Positions 1-11,322 of a stretch of DNA of 60,466 nucleotides are shown here, piece after piece. The stretch is taken from the NCBI GenBank assembly GCA_900128395.1, contig LT649250.1, forward strand, positions 1 to 60,466, written 5' to 3'. The notes below the pieces were generated by a model. That model made no database searches and was not told where the DNA came from. It saw nothing but the letters and a program-made list of their open reading frames with translations. The stretch's first letter is position 1. Every line of letters starts with the position of its first letter. This stretch comes from Stramenopiles sp. TOSAG23-2. Lineage: Eukaryota. The position numbers and the translations under genes are program-made.

Positions 1-874
1 GATTGTCATAACCACTATGGTCACATACATATTTATCGTAAGATTTCAATGAATCGAATTTGTCATTAATATATTGTTTCACCTGTATACCAAGGTCTAC
101 TTTAGATGCGGAGTTTTCAAGATATTTTATTCTCTGTTCTTCCACGTTCTTTGCAGTTTGCTCCTTTTCATTTTCCTTCTCCTTCTCCCTTTGTTCAATT
201 CTCTTTTGCTTTTCCTTCTCCCTTTGTTCAATTCTCTTTTTCTTTTCCTTTTCATTGTGTTCAATTCTCTTTTTCTTTTCCTTTTCCTTTTCCTTTTGTT
301 CAATTCTCTTTTTCTTTTCCTTTTCATTGTGTTCAATTCTCTTTTCCTTTTCCTTTTGTTCAATTCTCTTTTTCTTTTCCTTCTGTTCTTCCTTTTTCTT
401 AGCATTCTGCTCTTTTATTTTGTTTTTTTGACACTTTTTCCCGCATTTTTTCAGTTTGCGACCGTTGAATTCTTCTTCTTCTTCTTCAGCATCATCATCT
501 TCGTAATCCATGTCTGTATCAAATTTGTTGTTATCTTTATCATTTTCTTCCTCCATAAGCTCGTCGTAAGCAGAATTTACTCGAGTCCAACACTGATCAA
601 TACCCAAGTTTAGGTAACCTGGTTTGCATACATATTTATTTCTGTACGGTATATACGTTGTTCGCTCCTTTCTCCATATTGTAGGATCTTTAGGATAACA
701 TTGGCCATGCGGATAAACTTGGAAGAAAAAACCTTCCGGGCAGTCAACCTCTTCATCATATACATCAGTTTCGTCAAATTCATTATCATATTTAGAGGCA
801 CCATATGCATTTACATTATTAGCTGAATATAATATAAAACATATTGTTACGAGTATTATTAATATTTGTTTCAT
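1..874 (-). CDS. Putative secreted protein with Cys-containing N-terminal part, acidic stretch and K/E-rich repeats (3' end runs off the window)
   Basis: Manual minus-strand translation from ATG 874 is open to base 1: MKQILIILVTICFILYSANNVNA (signal-peptide-like), then DCPEGFFF..CYPKD..VCKPGY..QCW, an acidic run and EKKKRIEQKEKE-type repeats. Absent from the ORF track because no stop lies in the window. Confidence 0.75.
   Translation of the reverse strand, partial: MKQILIILVTICFILYSANNVNAYGASKYDNEFDETDVYDEEVDCPEGFFFQVYPHGQCYPKDPTIWRKERTTYIPYRNKYVCKPGYLNLGIDQCWTRVNSAYDELMEEENDKDNNKFDTDMDYEDDDAEEEEEEFNGRKLKKCGKKCQKNKIKEQNAKKKEEQKEKKKRIEQKEKEKRIEHNEKEKKKRIEQKEKEKEKKKRIEHNEKEKKKRIEQREKEKQKRIEQREKEKENEKEQTAKNVEEQRIKYLENSASKVDLGIQVKQYINDKFDSLKSYDKYVCDHSGYDN
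170..385 (-). repeat. Coding minisatellite (KRIEQKEKEK / KRIEHNEKEK units)
   Basis: Recurrent ttgttcaattctc(t)ttttcttttcc units on the + strand. They explain the spurious Phe/Ser-rich + strand ORFs. Confidence 0.85.
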
Positions 875-1736
875 GTTTTTTGATTGTTGTCGTTGGTATT
901 GCTACGTAATATAATATTTTTATTTTGTTATGGCTTCACTTGTTTACTTTCGTTTGTATGATACTATATTATCCTCTTAATAGCTTTCCGTATATAGATA
1001 GATATATATCCATTTGTGCTGCTTTGTGTTTTTGTTGGTGATTATAATCCATAGTGTGTTCATGGTACCAGGTATTTGAGTACGCTATCCATTTGTGCTG
1101 AAACAAAAAATCTTTTTGAAATAAAAAAAACTGAAAATTAAGGTCCTATAATATTACTGTACACCAAATTAAAACATACACTAACTATACATGTACTCAG
1201 CTACACCATATACCATGGCTGGTATATGCCTACCAGATAAACCCTTAACGTGTTTGAAGATCCTCTCCCGTGTTGTTATTACGACAATATCGTATACATC
1301 GGTACAGCACAGCACTATCACACACTCATAAATGGGTACTACTATCTAATATACTTAATACTGTACAACAACGAATACGATATTACACTACGACTCGACT
1401 ACAATCAGAAAACTACAATCCCCTATGATATTTAGCAATTTAAATTGATATCAAACTGCCAAAACCCTCCTTAACTCCAACGAATTCCATCGCTGTGCCA
1501 CAACCCCCAATCCAGACCTAATGCAGGGCTCTCGCCGTACACGGCAATTTTTTTTTTTTTTATTTTTTTTTTTTTATTTATAATTTTGTGTGTGTGTGAA
1601 AAGAAGTGCACAAGTTGGGGAATCATCATCTCGCTCTAAAGAAGTTTGTTGTCGCTACACAATAATAAGTAGCTACTCTTCAGTAATAGAATCATCAACA
1701 TAATTGTTATGTCCAAATGTTAGAGAAAGAAGGATC

Positions 1737-2372
1737 ATGGTGATTAACAGCAGAATGATTTGTTTAATACAACTCATGCTGACGGTGGCAATGACTATAA
1801 TACTGACCGATAGCAAATGTTATGCAAATATTAAGCAGAAAGATCATAACTATAATATTATTAATAATAAAAATAACAGTTACATATATATTATCAGACA
1901 TGGGGAAAAGAAGTGGTTACTGGGGTGCTTGTCAAAAGCAGGCGAAGAAAGAGCACAAGCACTAAAATCAATTTTTCAAAACAAGTTTTCTTTACCAAAT
2001 CATATTTTTGCTAACTTTTATGATGATCATATTGACTGCGAACGGTGTATAGAAACAGTAATACCAATTGCAAAAGAATTACATTTAACAGTAAATTCAA
2101 CGTATGGGTATAATAAAAAATTAGGTGGTAATAAAGGCGCAGCAAATGCATTTAAAAATGTCATTCTCACATCGCAAAAGATTCCACAGACATTGCTTGT
2201 TGCATGGGAGCATATTAATATTAAACCGTTAACAGAAGCCTTAGGTGTACCACTTGCTAAAATACCATCATGGAAAGGCAGCAATTTTGATACAGTCTAT
2301 GTATTAGCATTTAATTCTACTGCACATTTAATTTCATTTGATGTTTCGTCAGAAGGCTTTACACCCCCATAG
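1737..2372 (+). CDS. Histidine phosphatase / phosphoglycerate mutase-like protein, probably secreted
   Basis: IIRHGEK motif, LSKAGEERA, RCIETVIP and LVAWEH segments, with a hydrophobic N-terminus. First ATG is at 1737; the ORF track starts at TTG 1704. Confidence 0.75.
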   Translation: MVINSRMICLIQLMLTVAMTIILTDSKCYANIKQKDHNYNIINNKNNSYIYIIRHGEKKWLLGCLSKAGEERAQALKSIFQNKFSLPNHIFANFYDDHIDCERCIETVIPIAKELHLTVNSTYGYNKKLGGNKGAANAFKNVILTSQKIPQTLLVAWEHINIKPLTEALGVPLAKIPSWKGSNFDTVYVLAFNSTAHLISFDVSSEGFTPP

Positions 2373-2839
2373 AGTGTAGGAATTTTTATACATGTTACTT
2401 ATAAAATCATATAAATTATTTTAATTCAATTAATATATATATATATATATATTATATATATAAATTTATTAAAAAATCAAAACTCTTTTAATTTAACTTT
2501 TAATAACAGTTTTGCGCACTGCCATCCGAACCAATAAGGGTAAAAAAATCTGGAAACCAGAGATTTTCCTTGCCAGTACCACATAAGGGTCTCTCAGAAG
2601 AAATAAGAAATACTCATCTTATTAATACCTTAATTTTCGTCGTGATTTATGATTTTTAGATTTCGTTCATTTTTTTTAATAAATAATAAAGGCCAAAATA
2701 AAAAATACAAAATGAATAAAACAAATTGGAAAAGTAGAAAACATGTGTCACATCAATATTTATTAATACTTTATTTTCTGCATCTCTCTCCCCCCCTTTC
2801 TTCACAAACATCCAAAATATATACAGATATTAAATAAAG

Positions 2840-3778
2840 ATGGAAGTGACATATGAAACTATATGGGAAAAAGCGGTACATGCAGTTGGATCGGAAAATT
2901 ATCAAATAGCAATTGATAACGGGTTTTTATGTTTAAATTTTTTAAATGAACAAATTGTTGTATTAGAACGTCAACATATTATGAATACTAATACTGATAA
3001 AAATAATGAAGAATATAGTAATAAAAAAAACTTCCTATTGTTAAAAATGTTGCCTTGTTGTATTTTAATGTCTAAATCGTATATATTGTCAAATAAAAAA
3101 GAAGAAGGTAGTCGTTTTTTGTCTCAATCTGTATTATTAGCGAAAAAAAAATTATATAAAGATCCAGCTGAAAATGCTGCTATTTTTTCTGTTCTAGCTG
3201 AAGTTTTTAAAATATTAAAAGATAATAAAGGGGAACATGCAATGCTTTTGGAATATATGCAACGCATGGAAAAAGAAGCCGGTAAATCCCATGTCGCAGT
3301 AAGCGATTGCTATCATTTACTTGCAGGGTTTTACATACGTAATAAACAAATTAATTTAGCCATCGAATATGGTGAAAAATGCTTAGCAAATCGATTAGAT
3401 TATTTTGGTCGAGTCAATGAAATTGTTGATAACAGTTTATATTCATTAGGATTAATCTATAGAGCTGGTGGTAGATTGAAAGATGCATTTTTGACATTGT
3501 TAGAATCTATTGAAATTAGGACACAATTATTTGGTCCAACTAGTTTGGAAACTGCTGAATCACAAGAAAGTGCAGGATTCACTGCACATCAAATGAAAGA
3601 ATTGAAAAAAGCAAATATTTTATATAAGTTGGCATTGGAGACAAGAACAACTATTTTAGGAAAAGAACATGATTCAACGAAAAGTTTATTAAAATTACAA
3701 CGACAAGTGTATGTGGAATTGACTTCTAAAACAAGTTCTCCTAGCAAAAAAAAGAAAAGGAAGAAGAAGAAGCGTTGA
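2840..3778 (+). CDS. Tetratricopeptide repeat protein (kinesin-light-chain-type TPRs)
   Basis: ~42-aa repeats such as SLYSLGLIYRAGGRLKDA..ESIEIRTQLFGPTSLETAES and ALETRTTILGKEHDST; basic C-terminal tail. Confidence 0.85.
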   Translation: MEVTYETIWEKAVHAVGSENYQIAIDNGFLCLNFLNEQIVVLERQHIMNTNTDKNNEEYSNKKNFLLLKMLPCCILMSKSYILSNKKEEGSRFLSQSVLLAKKKLYKDPAENAAIFSVLAEVFKILKDNKGEHAMLLEYMQRMEKEAGKSHVAVSDCYHLLAGFYIRNKQINLAIEYGEKCLANRLDYFGRVNEIVDNSLYSLGLIYRAGGRLKDAFLTLLESIEIRTQLFGPTSLETAESQESAGFTAHQMKELKKANILYKLALETRTTILGKEHDSTKSLLKLQRQVYVELTSKTSSPSKKKKRKKKKR

Positions 3779-4439
3779 GTTGGATATGCATGTATGTATA
3801 ATGTTATATATATATTTTATTTGAGAAAGAGTAGTGTTAATGGTGCGCACGTTAACGTGTGCGTATTACTAAAGTGTGGTGTAAAAAATATTATGATTTG
3901 CATTTGATATGCTTATGCATAATATTTTTTACGAACTCTCAGCCAGAGCAAAGGGTCCACTAAATCATAATAGTCGTTCTTAGTATACTATATATTGTAC
4001 TTAAAATACCCTATATCCTGAAATCTCAATCCCCAACAACAACAAAAATTATAAACATTATACTGTATATTTCTCCATTGACTAAACAAAAAAAAACACA
4101 CACGAAAAAAATACATTCAAGAAGAACAGGCACGCGCTAAACTATCACCAATTTGAATTCAAATAATCTAATCGCTTTCTTTTTGTTATCAAACGTAATC
4201 GTATGCGGTGATACTTTGTCCATTTTAACAGCAGAAGCACTGCATGTTAGCGAAACAAATTTTGTAATTAATTTTGGTGACATAATTGTTTTTATATCTG
4301 GTGGTTTTGTAAAATCAATTTCATCTTTGAAATGTTTTTCAACATCAAAATATATAAATATGTAATTGCAATTTCTGAATGTGGTTGCTTTAATATTATT
4401 TCATCTATTTCATTACCAACCAATGTTTCCATTAAATTT

Positions 4440-4675
4440 ATAATGACCTGGGCCGAGACAGGCTTCATCATGTCAGACCGCTTTTGAATCATTTACAAGA
4501 TATTAGCAAAAAACTTTATCATCCTGGACAGGAACTTGCACTAGACAAGCAAGTTATTAAAACCAAATCATCATATTGTACATTTAAAGTTAGATTTTCA
4601 GAGAAACCAATTAAATGCGGGATAAAAGTGATTTTGCTTAAAAGGTATCCATTTCTAAGTTTGTTGTTTGCATGA
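4440..4675 (+). mobile_element. piggyBac-family transposase remnant
   Basis: Frame reads DRLHHVRPLLNHLQDISKKLYHPGQELALDKQVIKTKSSYCTFKVRFSEKPIKCGIKV. This matches the piggyBac/PGBD block around the first catalytic Asp (KIRPL..Y.PG..LSIDE.M..KP.K.GIK). Truncated, and no TIRs were found. Confidence 0.75.
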
Positions 4676-5736
4676 ATGTTTGGACATCATGTGTATTGCT
4701 ACTTTTTTTTGGATAATTGCTGTAGGAATATGAATATATTTTTGAATCATTATTATTGCTACTACTATTACTGCTGCTATGACCACCAGTACTGTTATTG
4801 CTTGTATGACCAATAACACTAATAGCTTTATATATATTTATCCATTTTTCTTCTTTTGTTAAGGAAGAGACAAATGAATAAAAGAAACAGAAGCAAGTGA
4901 ATTAATTTATTATAAACAACTTATATACATATACATGGATTACTAAATGTCACAATTTCTTATAAAGGATTTAACTGAATGTACAAGATGATATTCTTAT
5001 TATTTTATTAAAAAGTTATACAAAGGAACTATGAAGAACCGAGTGGAGATTCTAAAAGATATAGAATTGTCACAAATTCCCAAAGCTATAACATCAAATA
5101 ATAGCTAAACAAACCAAATCAAATACAGATCATGTCAAAACAGAGAAGTGAATAAAGACAATTATGATGAATTTAAACAACTGAAATGGAACATAAATTC
5201 TGGAGCTGCTCAATGTGTCCAAAACTTGCAGAGCTGCTAAAAGGGGCCGCTCAGTCACCAATTGTCATGATGATAGTGTTCAATGTAGGGTTCTAGAGAG
5301 GCAAGAAAACCCTTAAATGAATTAAAGGTTCGCGTCAACTTCTTCTGCAGTGAAAGAAAACCCTTAAATGAATAAAAGAGAGCGGTAGACTTTTAGAATC
5401 TCCAGTTTAATAGTGGATAAGTAATTCGAACTTCTTTTTCCCCAATCCCTTGATTGAAGACTTGTCGGGTGCAATTTTAATTTAAGATTTCATTTTTTTG
5501 AAAAATATTAATAATAAATAATAAAAAATTACGAATAAGTAAATATTTTATCGCTTTTTTTATTTTTTTAAAATCGTACGTATCAGTATCGTGCTGTCAT
5601 ACCGGAAATCAAAATTATAGAAATTTTTTGGTCAAAAAGTGCAAATACTAAAAATTATATATACATTTTTATTGACACGAATACGTTTATAAAATTTTAT
5701 ATAATGTGTAAGTGACAACTATTATCAATTATCTCA

Positions 5737-8700
5737 TCATAAAGGCTGCTTAAATGCGCGTTTAATTGCTCCCAAAATTGACTCAGCTGTGTTTTTTGAC
5801 TGGGCCTCTGTCTTACCCAGGTTATTGTAACCACATGTGGTTTGAAATAAATAAACCTCCGTAGCTCTATCTGGTTTCCAATGAATTTTGCCTTTTTTAC
5901 TTCTTTGAGGTTCGTGTTGAAATCCGTGTTTATACACATGCTCAGTGTCTTTGATATATTTGTTACACCGTTGAAAAAAATTCAAGTCTTCAAATTCCTG
6001 TTTTTTTAGTAGTTTACGTACAGAATTTCTCCCTCCAAATTCAGCAAAGAAAACAATAAAAGATAAAGTCTCGTTCCTTTTTTCAGCTTCTGAAAGCAAT
6101 TCTGTGATCTTAAGTAAAGTATTTTGAACACTAAGTTTGTCAAAAGGTGGATTGGCTTCCCAACTACCTACCATGTGCTTGTTATCGTCATCAAAAAAAC
6201 TTCCAAGACTACCGAAACATTTATCCGTATCTGGAAATGCAGAATAAAATTTATCTAATCGATGATTTAGCGGTGACGCAAAACATTCCCCCTCAACTTT
6301 CAACCTTTTCCGTAAGACCTCAAAAACTTTATCTGGCAATGCCCCTTGCGCACCGCTGTTCTCCCCCCAGAGTGTGTGATATCTTTGCAACATTGACAAT
6401 ATTCTTTCATCAACTAAATTTCTAGCATAACAAAACTTGTTATTGATTCTTGCCTTGTCGTGATCACTGCATAACTTCTCGTAATACTCAGTAAATAGTT
6501 TCTGGCCTCTATTCGCATTTTGTTGAGAAATTTTTAAAGTCGTTATTGAATTTTCCTCCGTCACAACTGGCTTACTTTTATAGTCCCCAGTTTTTTGAAT
6601 TTTGATCCTAGATTTTTCCATGCAATTCATTACATCATTGTAGAGTTTACATCCTAATTTTTTATTGCCTTGAAAAATATTAAATTCATTTCCCAGTCGT
6701 TTTAAAAAGTGCTTTTCAGTAGTAACATTTTTCTCTGGTAGCATATAATCTTTATCATCTAGGAGAATTGAATTTTTCGGTCCTTTTCTTACTATGAGAG
6801 TCCATTGCTCATCCTCTGTTTGACATATTGTACCGTCCCGACTACAATCGAAAATCCAATTAGAAATCGCTTTTGCAACTTTTCTTCTTACCGTATATTT
6901 TTTTTCAAAATCTTTAACTTTGTTTTCCACAGCAACAGCAACGATTTTCTCAGTACATTTTTGTATACAATCCTTCCGCAACATTTCATGTTTAGGAAAT
7001 ACATATTTAGACGATCCGTGTTTTTCGCTTTCTTCTAAAAGTTGTGAGGGTGGGACATCATGACTAAGTTCAAATCTTCCTCGCATCCATGAAAAAGTTT
7101 TAACACTCTTTTTGAGGAAGTTTCTAAACAAAGTACGGTGTTCTGGGTGCTGTAGATCTCCAGGTATATCCCAATTGAACATTTCGCTACGGGATTTGTC
7201 AGTGGATATTATAATGGGGCGCATGTGCCTCAATTCTCCTTTCAATAAGGTGTTCAAAAACCACCATTCATCACCGTTGGTTCCATCGCGTTCAGATAAC
7301 GTGCTAAAAGATCTTCGGTATGTCTCTTTTATCTCGTTATACATAGAAGACTTTTCACATTGTTTTTCAAGATTTCTAGGCATAATAAATAAAATGTTTG
7401 TATCTTCATACTTTTGACTAATCAAATCCTTCATAGCTTTTTCGATTGCCTCTCCAGGACAATTTGATGGAGCATCACTGTTATAAGCAACATTTCGAGC
7501 ATCAATAATAAGAAAAGGATTTTCAGTTATATCAACTTCTTCTTGATTCCTACACATCAATTCCGTAAACATAGTTTTTTCCTTTGGAGTTTTCAAGGGC
7601 TTTAATTCATTTATTTCGATCATATGTTTTTTTTTCGTAATACTTTGATGGATTTTATTATTGTTGCCTTCTTTCCTCTCTTTTATTAATTTTCTTAACA
7701 AAATATTCGTAGGTTTTGTTGATTTTTTATGATTTTTTATAGCACTTTTACTATTTGTAACATCGACTGCCTCTTTCTTCACAACAAAATTCATAACTTC
7801 ACGTAGTTTATGTTTTGTGCCATTTGTAACACTAGGTATCAATCTCTTTTTATCACTTTTATTTCTTTTTGACATTTCCCCCACTTTCTTTTTAACGTCA
7901 ATCTTTACATGTTGTTTCTGTTGCATCAATTTTTTTTTCCAATTTAAAACATTCCTATACAATCTACTTTGGTCCACTCCAGCCGCATTTAGCATAGTCA
8001 TAACTTTTTTACCGGTCAACCTCCGATCTAAGTAATTTTTATGTGCTTTACGTATAGCTTGAGTTTTATATACCTGTTATATTTACAAAACATTCTTGTT
8101 AGTAACATGTATAAATATATGTGTATGTATATATAAGAGGTACAATATATATAGAAGTTGATGTGTTATTTACGTACATTTTGTACTTGTACTTGTGCTG
8201 TATAACGTTCATGCCATGATACTTGTTTGCAAATACTCAATTCTAGTCTACTAATTGCTAAAAACACACCATCGACATATGTTTCAGTTGATCTATTCCA
8301 CAAAAATAGCAGCGTTTCGAATGGCTTTATGTACGATTGAAAATTATTTATGTCACTTTTTTTGCCACCAAAAACACAGTATTTTAAACAATCACTTTCT
8401 GTACTTTCATTGCAATAAAATATAAAGCCAGGCAAGCCTTCTGAAAGTTTCTCTTTCACCTCTCCTTTCTTCTTATTGCTCTTGTCTTCACTGTTTCCCC
8501 TGCTTAAATCTTTCAATGATATCTTCTTGGGTTTCGTTGCTTTATTTTTGACAGTGCTCTTATTCTTTGCAGAATCTCTTCTTTGTTTTTTCTCTTCTCC
8601 CTCATCTTCTTCGGAATCTTGCTTTAAGTTAGCATTATAATCTAATTCTGCACCACCCAGTAGATTTAAGTTCACCATTCTATAATCGTTTGTTATCAAC

Positions 8701-9839
8701 TCATGAGTTTTAATAGTTTTCTTCTTACCATGTCTAAAGAATGACCCTTCTTCCTTTTTCATCTCATTCTTTCTATGTGCTTTAGCAACAAAGAATGACC
8801 CTTCTTCCTTTTTCATCTCATTCTTTCTATGTGCTTTAGCAACTATCTTATTACTATGTTGATCATTTGCTGCTTTTGGTTTTGCTTTCTTTAAACCATT
8901 TTGAATTACTTGCACGTTTCCCGCTTTCGTACCACCTATCTTTAAACCACATAAGTTACTTTTCGGTTTTTTCTTTTTCTTATCAGGTAGGTCGTTTTTC
9001 TTACCACGTGGTGATTCTTTTTGCTTATTTTTTTTCACACTTGATGCTTTTTTCTTTTTTTCGTTTTGACCAATTGCAATCTTTTTTCTACCCCGTTGAT
9101 TCTTAATAACCGACGATTTCATCTTTTCCTTGTCGTCATTTAGCGATACTGTCATCTTCTCCTTATTCCTTCTTTTCCTCTTGTCATTTTTAAAATTTAT
9201 TACCTTCTGCTTCTGCTTGCCTCCTATTTTAAGAGTCGAATCGTCTTTTTTCTTACCCTGTTTCACATTTAGTGCCTTTTGTTTCTTTTTCTTTTGATCC
9301 ATTGCCTTCATTGTTTTTTCCTTTCGAATTCGACCTGCATTCCCGATTTTCATCTTATCATCAGTTGTACCAAAAGTTGCAAAATCTCCTCTTATTTTTT
9401 CTTCTTTTTTAATGACTAAAGAGATTTTATTAAGCGATGCTTCCCTCTTTACCTCATTGTCATTTCTAAGCACCGGAGTTTTGCTTTCAATATCAATTGT
9501 CGTCTTCGCTTTCCTCTTGTCATTTTTAAAATTTATTACCTTCTGCTTCTGCTTGCCTCCTATTTTAAGAGTCGAATCGTCTTTTTTCTTACCCTGTTTC
9601 ACATTTAGTGCCTTTTGTTTCTTTTTCTTTTGATCCATTGCCTTCATTGTTTTTTCCTTTCGAATTCGACCTGCATTCCCGATTTTCATCTTATCATCAG
9701 TTGTACCAAAAGTTGCAAAATCTCCTCTTATTTTTTCTTCTTTTTTAATATCTGAAGTAGTTTTTCCAAACTGTGCAAAGTCATTTTTTATTTTTTCGCT
9801 CTTTGTGTTAATGGATACTTTCGTCTCTTCTGTCTCCAT
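5737..9839 (-). CDS. Two-exon ~1,332-aa protein: K-rich region + DCD domain + NYN/PRORP-like PIN domain + PCIF1/CAPAM-like N6-adenine methyltransferase (exons 9839-8178 and 8073-5737)
   Basis: Exon lengths of 1662 and 2337 nt join in phase 0 (..RYTAQVQVQN|VYKTQAIRKAHKNYLDRRLTGKKVMTML..). DCD: GFIFYCNESTESDCLKYCVFG..LFLWN..GVFLA..RYTAQV. NYN: IIDARNVA..NGDEWWFL..IISTDKSR. PCIF1: QGALP..VF..ECFASPLN..FYSAFPDTDKCFGSLGSFF..GSWEANPPF..LSFIVF. Confidence 0.8.
8074..8177 (-). other. Spliceosomal intron (104 nt)
   Basis: Minus strand reads GTACGT donor, AT-rich interior, TACTAAC branch point and TAACAG acceptor. Removal fuses the flanking ORFs in frame. Confidence 0.85.
8736..8843. repeat. Exact 54-bp tandem duplication, in frame (VAKAHRKNEMKKEEGSFF x2)
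   Basis: 8736-8789 equals 8790-8843. Confidence 0.9.
9174..9749. repeat. 240-bp direct repeat within CDS (copies 9174-9413 and 9510-9749)
   Basis: Identical ~80-aa block KKEEKIRGDFATFGTT...INFKNDKRK occurs twice with a 336-nt offset. Confidence 0.9.
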
Positions 9840-11322
9840 TTATCCCGTTTGTGTTCCTGTTTTAACGCAGAATGTAGTTTTAATGATCAATCTACCAGGT
9901 AGTATGTCTCAATATTAGTAATAATATCTCCAGCCTTGCTTCCAGTTTAACAATCCCAGGATGAAATTATACCATCCCTGCCTGCTATGTTAGTCAACTA
10001 AATATATGCAATAATATATATATTTATATTCTCTTTTTGTGTGTTGTAAAATTGTAAATGGAATGTTATTGCAGCAAAATATAGATGTGTAATAATTGTG
10101 TAGTGGATTCTACAATAAAATAATCGTATTTGTACAATGGGGCAATAAACCAATGTAATAAGGGCAAGTTGAACGAATTAATTTAACGTGAGTTATAATT
10201 GTAGAAAGTTAAATTATGTTATATGGAAGTTGGGATGTATAATATATATATTATATATATACGTGCATATACTCCGCGGTACCTGAGCATATAAACTTAG
10301 CACTATACACTGCGAGCGAAGCGTATTATATTTAATAATAATATATATTAAAATATATAACGTGCATAAATTATATGCAAGAACAACTTTTAAACTTTAC
10401 CACGAAGAAGCTGCTCCCTAAATTCTTATATTAGATCTATACGCCCCTCGTACGCTACGCTCCGATTCTTGAGGCTTCTCTCTGCTTGAGGTGCGTATAG
10501 AGTGGATTTGCTCGTTAAGGTTTCCTGAGTAGCTGCTCCCACATGATGATGCAGTGTTACGTGTTACATTGCGTATAATAATGTAATCTGGTAATGTACT
10601 AAAAAGCTTGGAAACTTTACGTTTTGACTTTTCGTTCCTTTTCATAGGCCATATATAAAATGTTCTCTTACTCATATATATGTGTTTTTCTCTTACTCAT
10701 ATGTTATATAAAATTCTACTCATATATATCTTAGTTTCAGATGTAAGCCCTAAAATGATGAGCACAAGAAAACATGAAAACCTTGGTACCACCACATCCA
10801 ATTGCACCATGTGTTTTCATAAAACGCCCGTGTCCTACACCACTTTGCATGTTATTACCTAATGGCATTAATGGCATCTTTGTTTGTCCATAAATACATG
10901 AAGCATCCCATATTAATACGAACAATGCCATCATCGTCATCATTTTCATTTTTTCAATAAATATTTAATAAACAATAATCTAGATAAATAGCTTTAATGA
11001 TAATAATATGAATATATCTACCTATCTTACGACGTATAAACGTTATTATTTTTAAAATTATTTTCGAGGGTAAAAATTTTTTTGTTTTTTATTTCATCCG
11101 GTGTGCTTTCCTTTTATCGCTTCTTGGCTAAATAATAATTGCAATTTATATAGGACTTTAATACATATATTTAAAGAAAAATCAGCAAACATCAATGCAT
11201 CACATGATCAGCAATACGTATACACATAAAATGAAATCTTTTTAAAAGAAATATTTTTTAATGTGCGTTTCAGAAAAATTTCAGTTTTTGTATTTTTAAT
11301 ATTTTTAAAAAATTAAAAAATA

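Noticed and set aside
60-613. Phe/Ser/Leu-rich + strand ORFs and an R/K-rich - strand ORF
   Set aside because: Antisense or off-frame shadows of the K/E repeat gene at 874-1.
3845-3930. Small palindromes (CACGTTAACGTG; 13-bp AT-rich inverted repeat at 3883-3930)
   Set aside because: Short and partly low-complexity. A link to the piggyBac TTAA target could not be shown.
5303-5373. 20-bp direct repeat AAGAAAACCCTTAAATGAAT with a 31-nt spacer, CRISPR-like geometry
   Set aside because: Only two copies, no cas genes, and a eukaryotic context.
9840-10000. Possible extra upstream acceptor (GACTAAC..TAGCAG) for the DCD-NYN-PCIF1 gene
   Set aside because: All three frames between it and ATG 9839 contain stops, so at most it is a 5' UTR intron, and no donor could be fixed.
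10312-10323. GCGAGCGAAGCG motif reminiscent of some rolling-circle element ends
   Set aside because: No accompanying hairpin, CTRR end or second copy to support an element.
10418-10949. Short minus-strand ORFs of 85 and 70 aa
   Set aside because: No recognisable motifs and alternative frames contain stops. They may be relics but cannot be supported.
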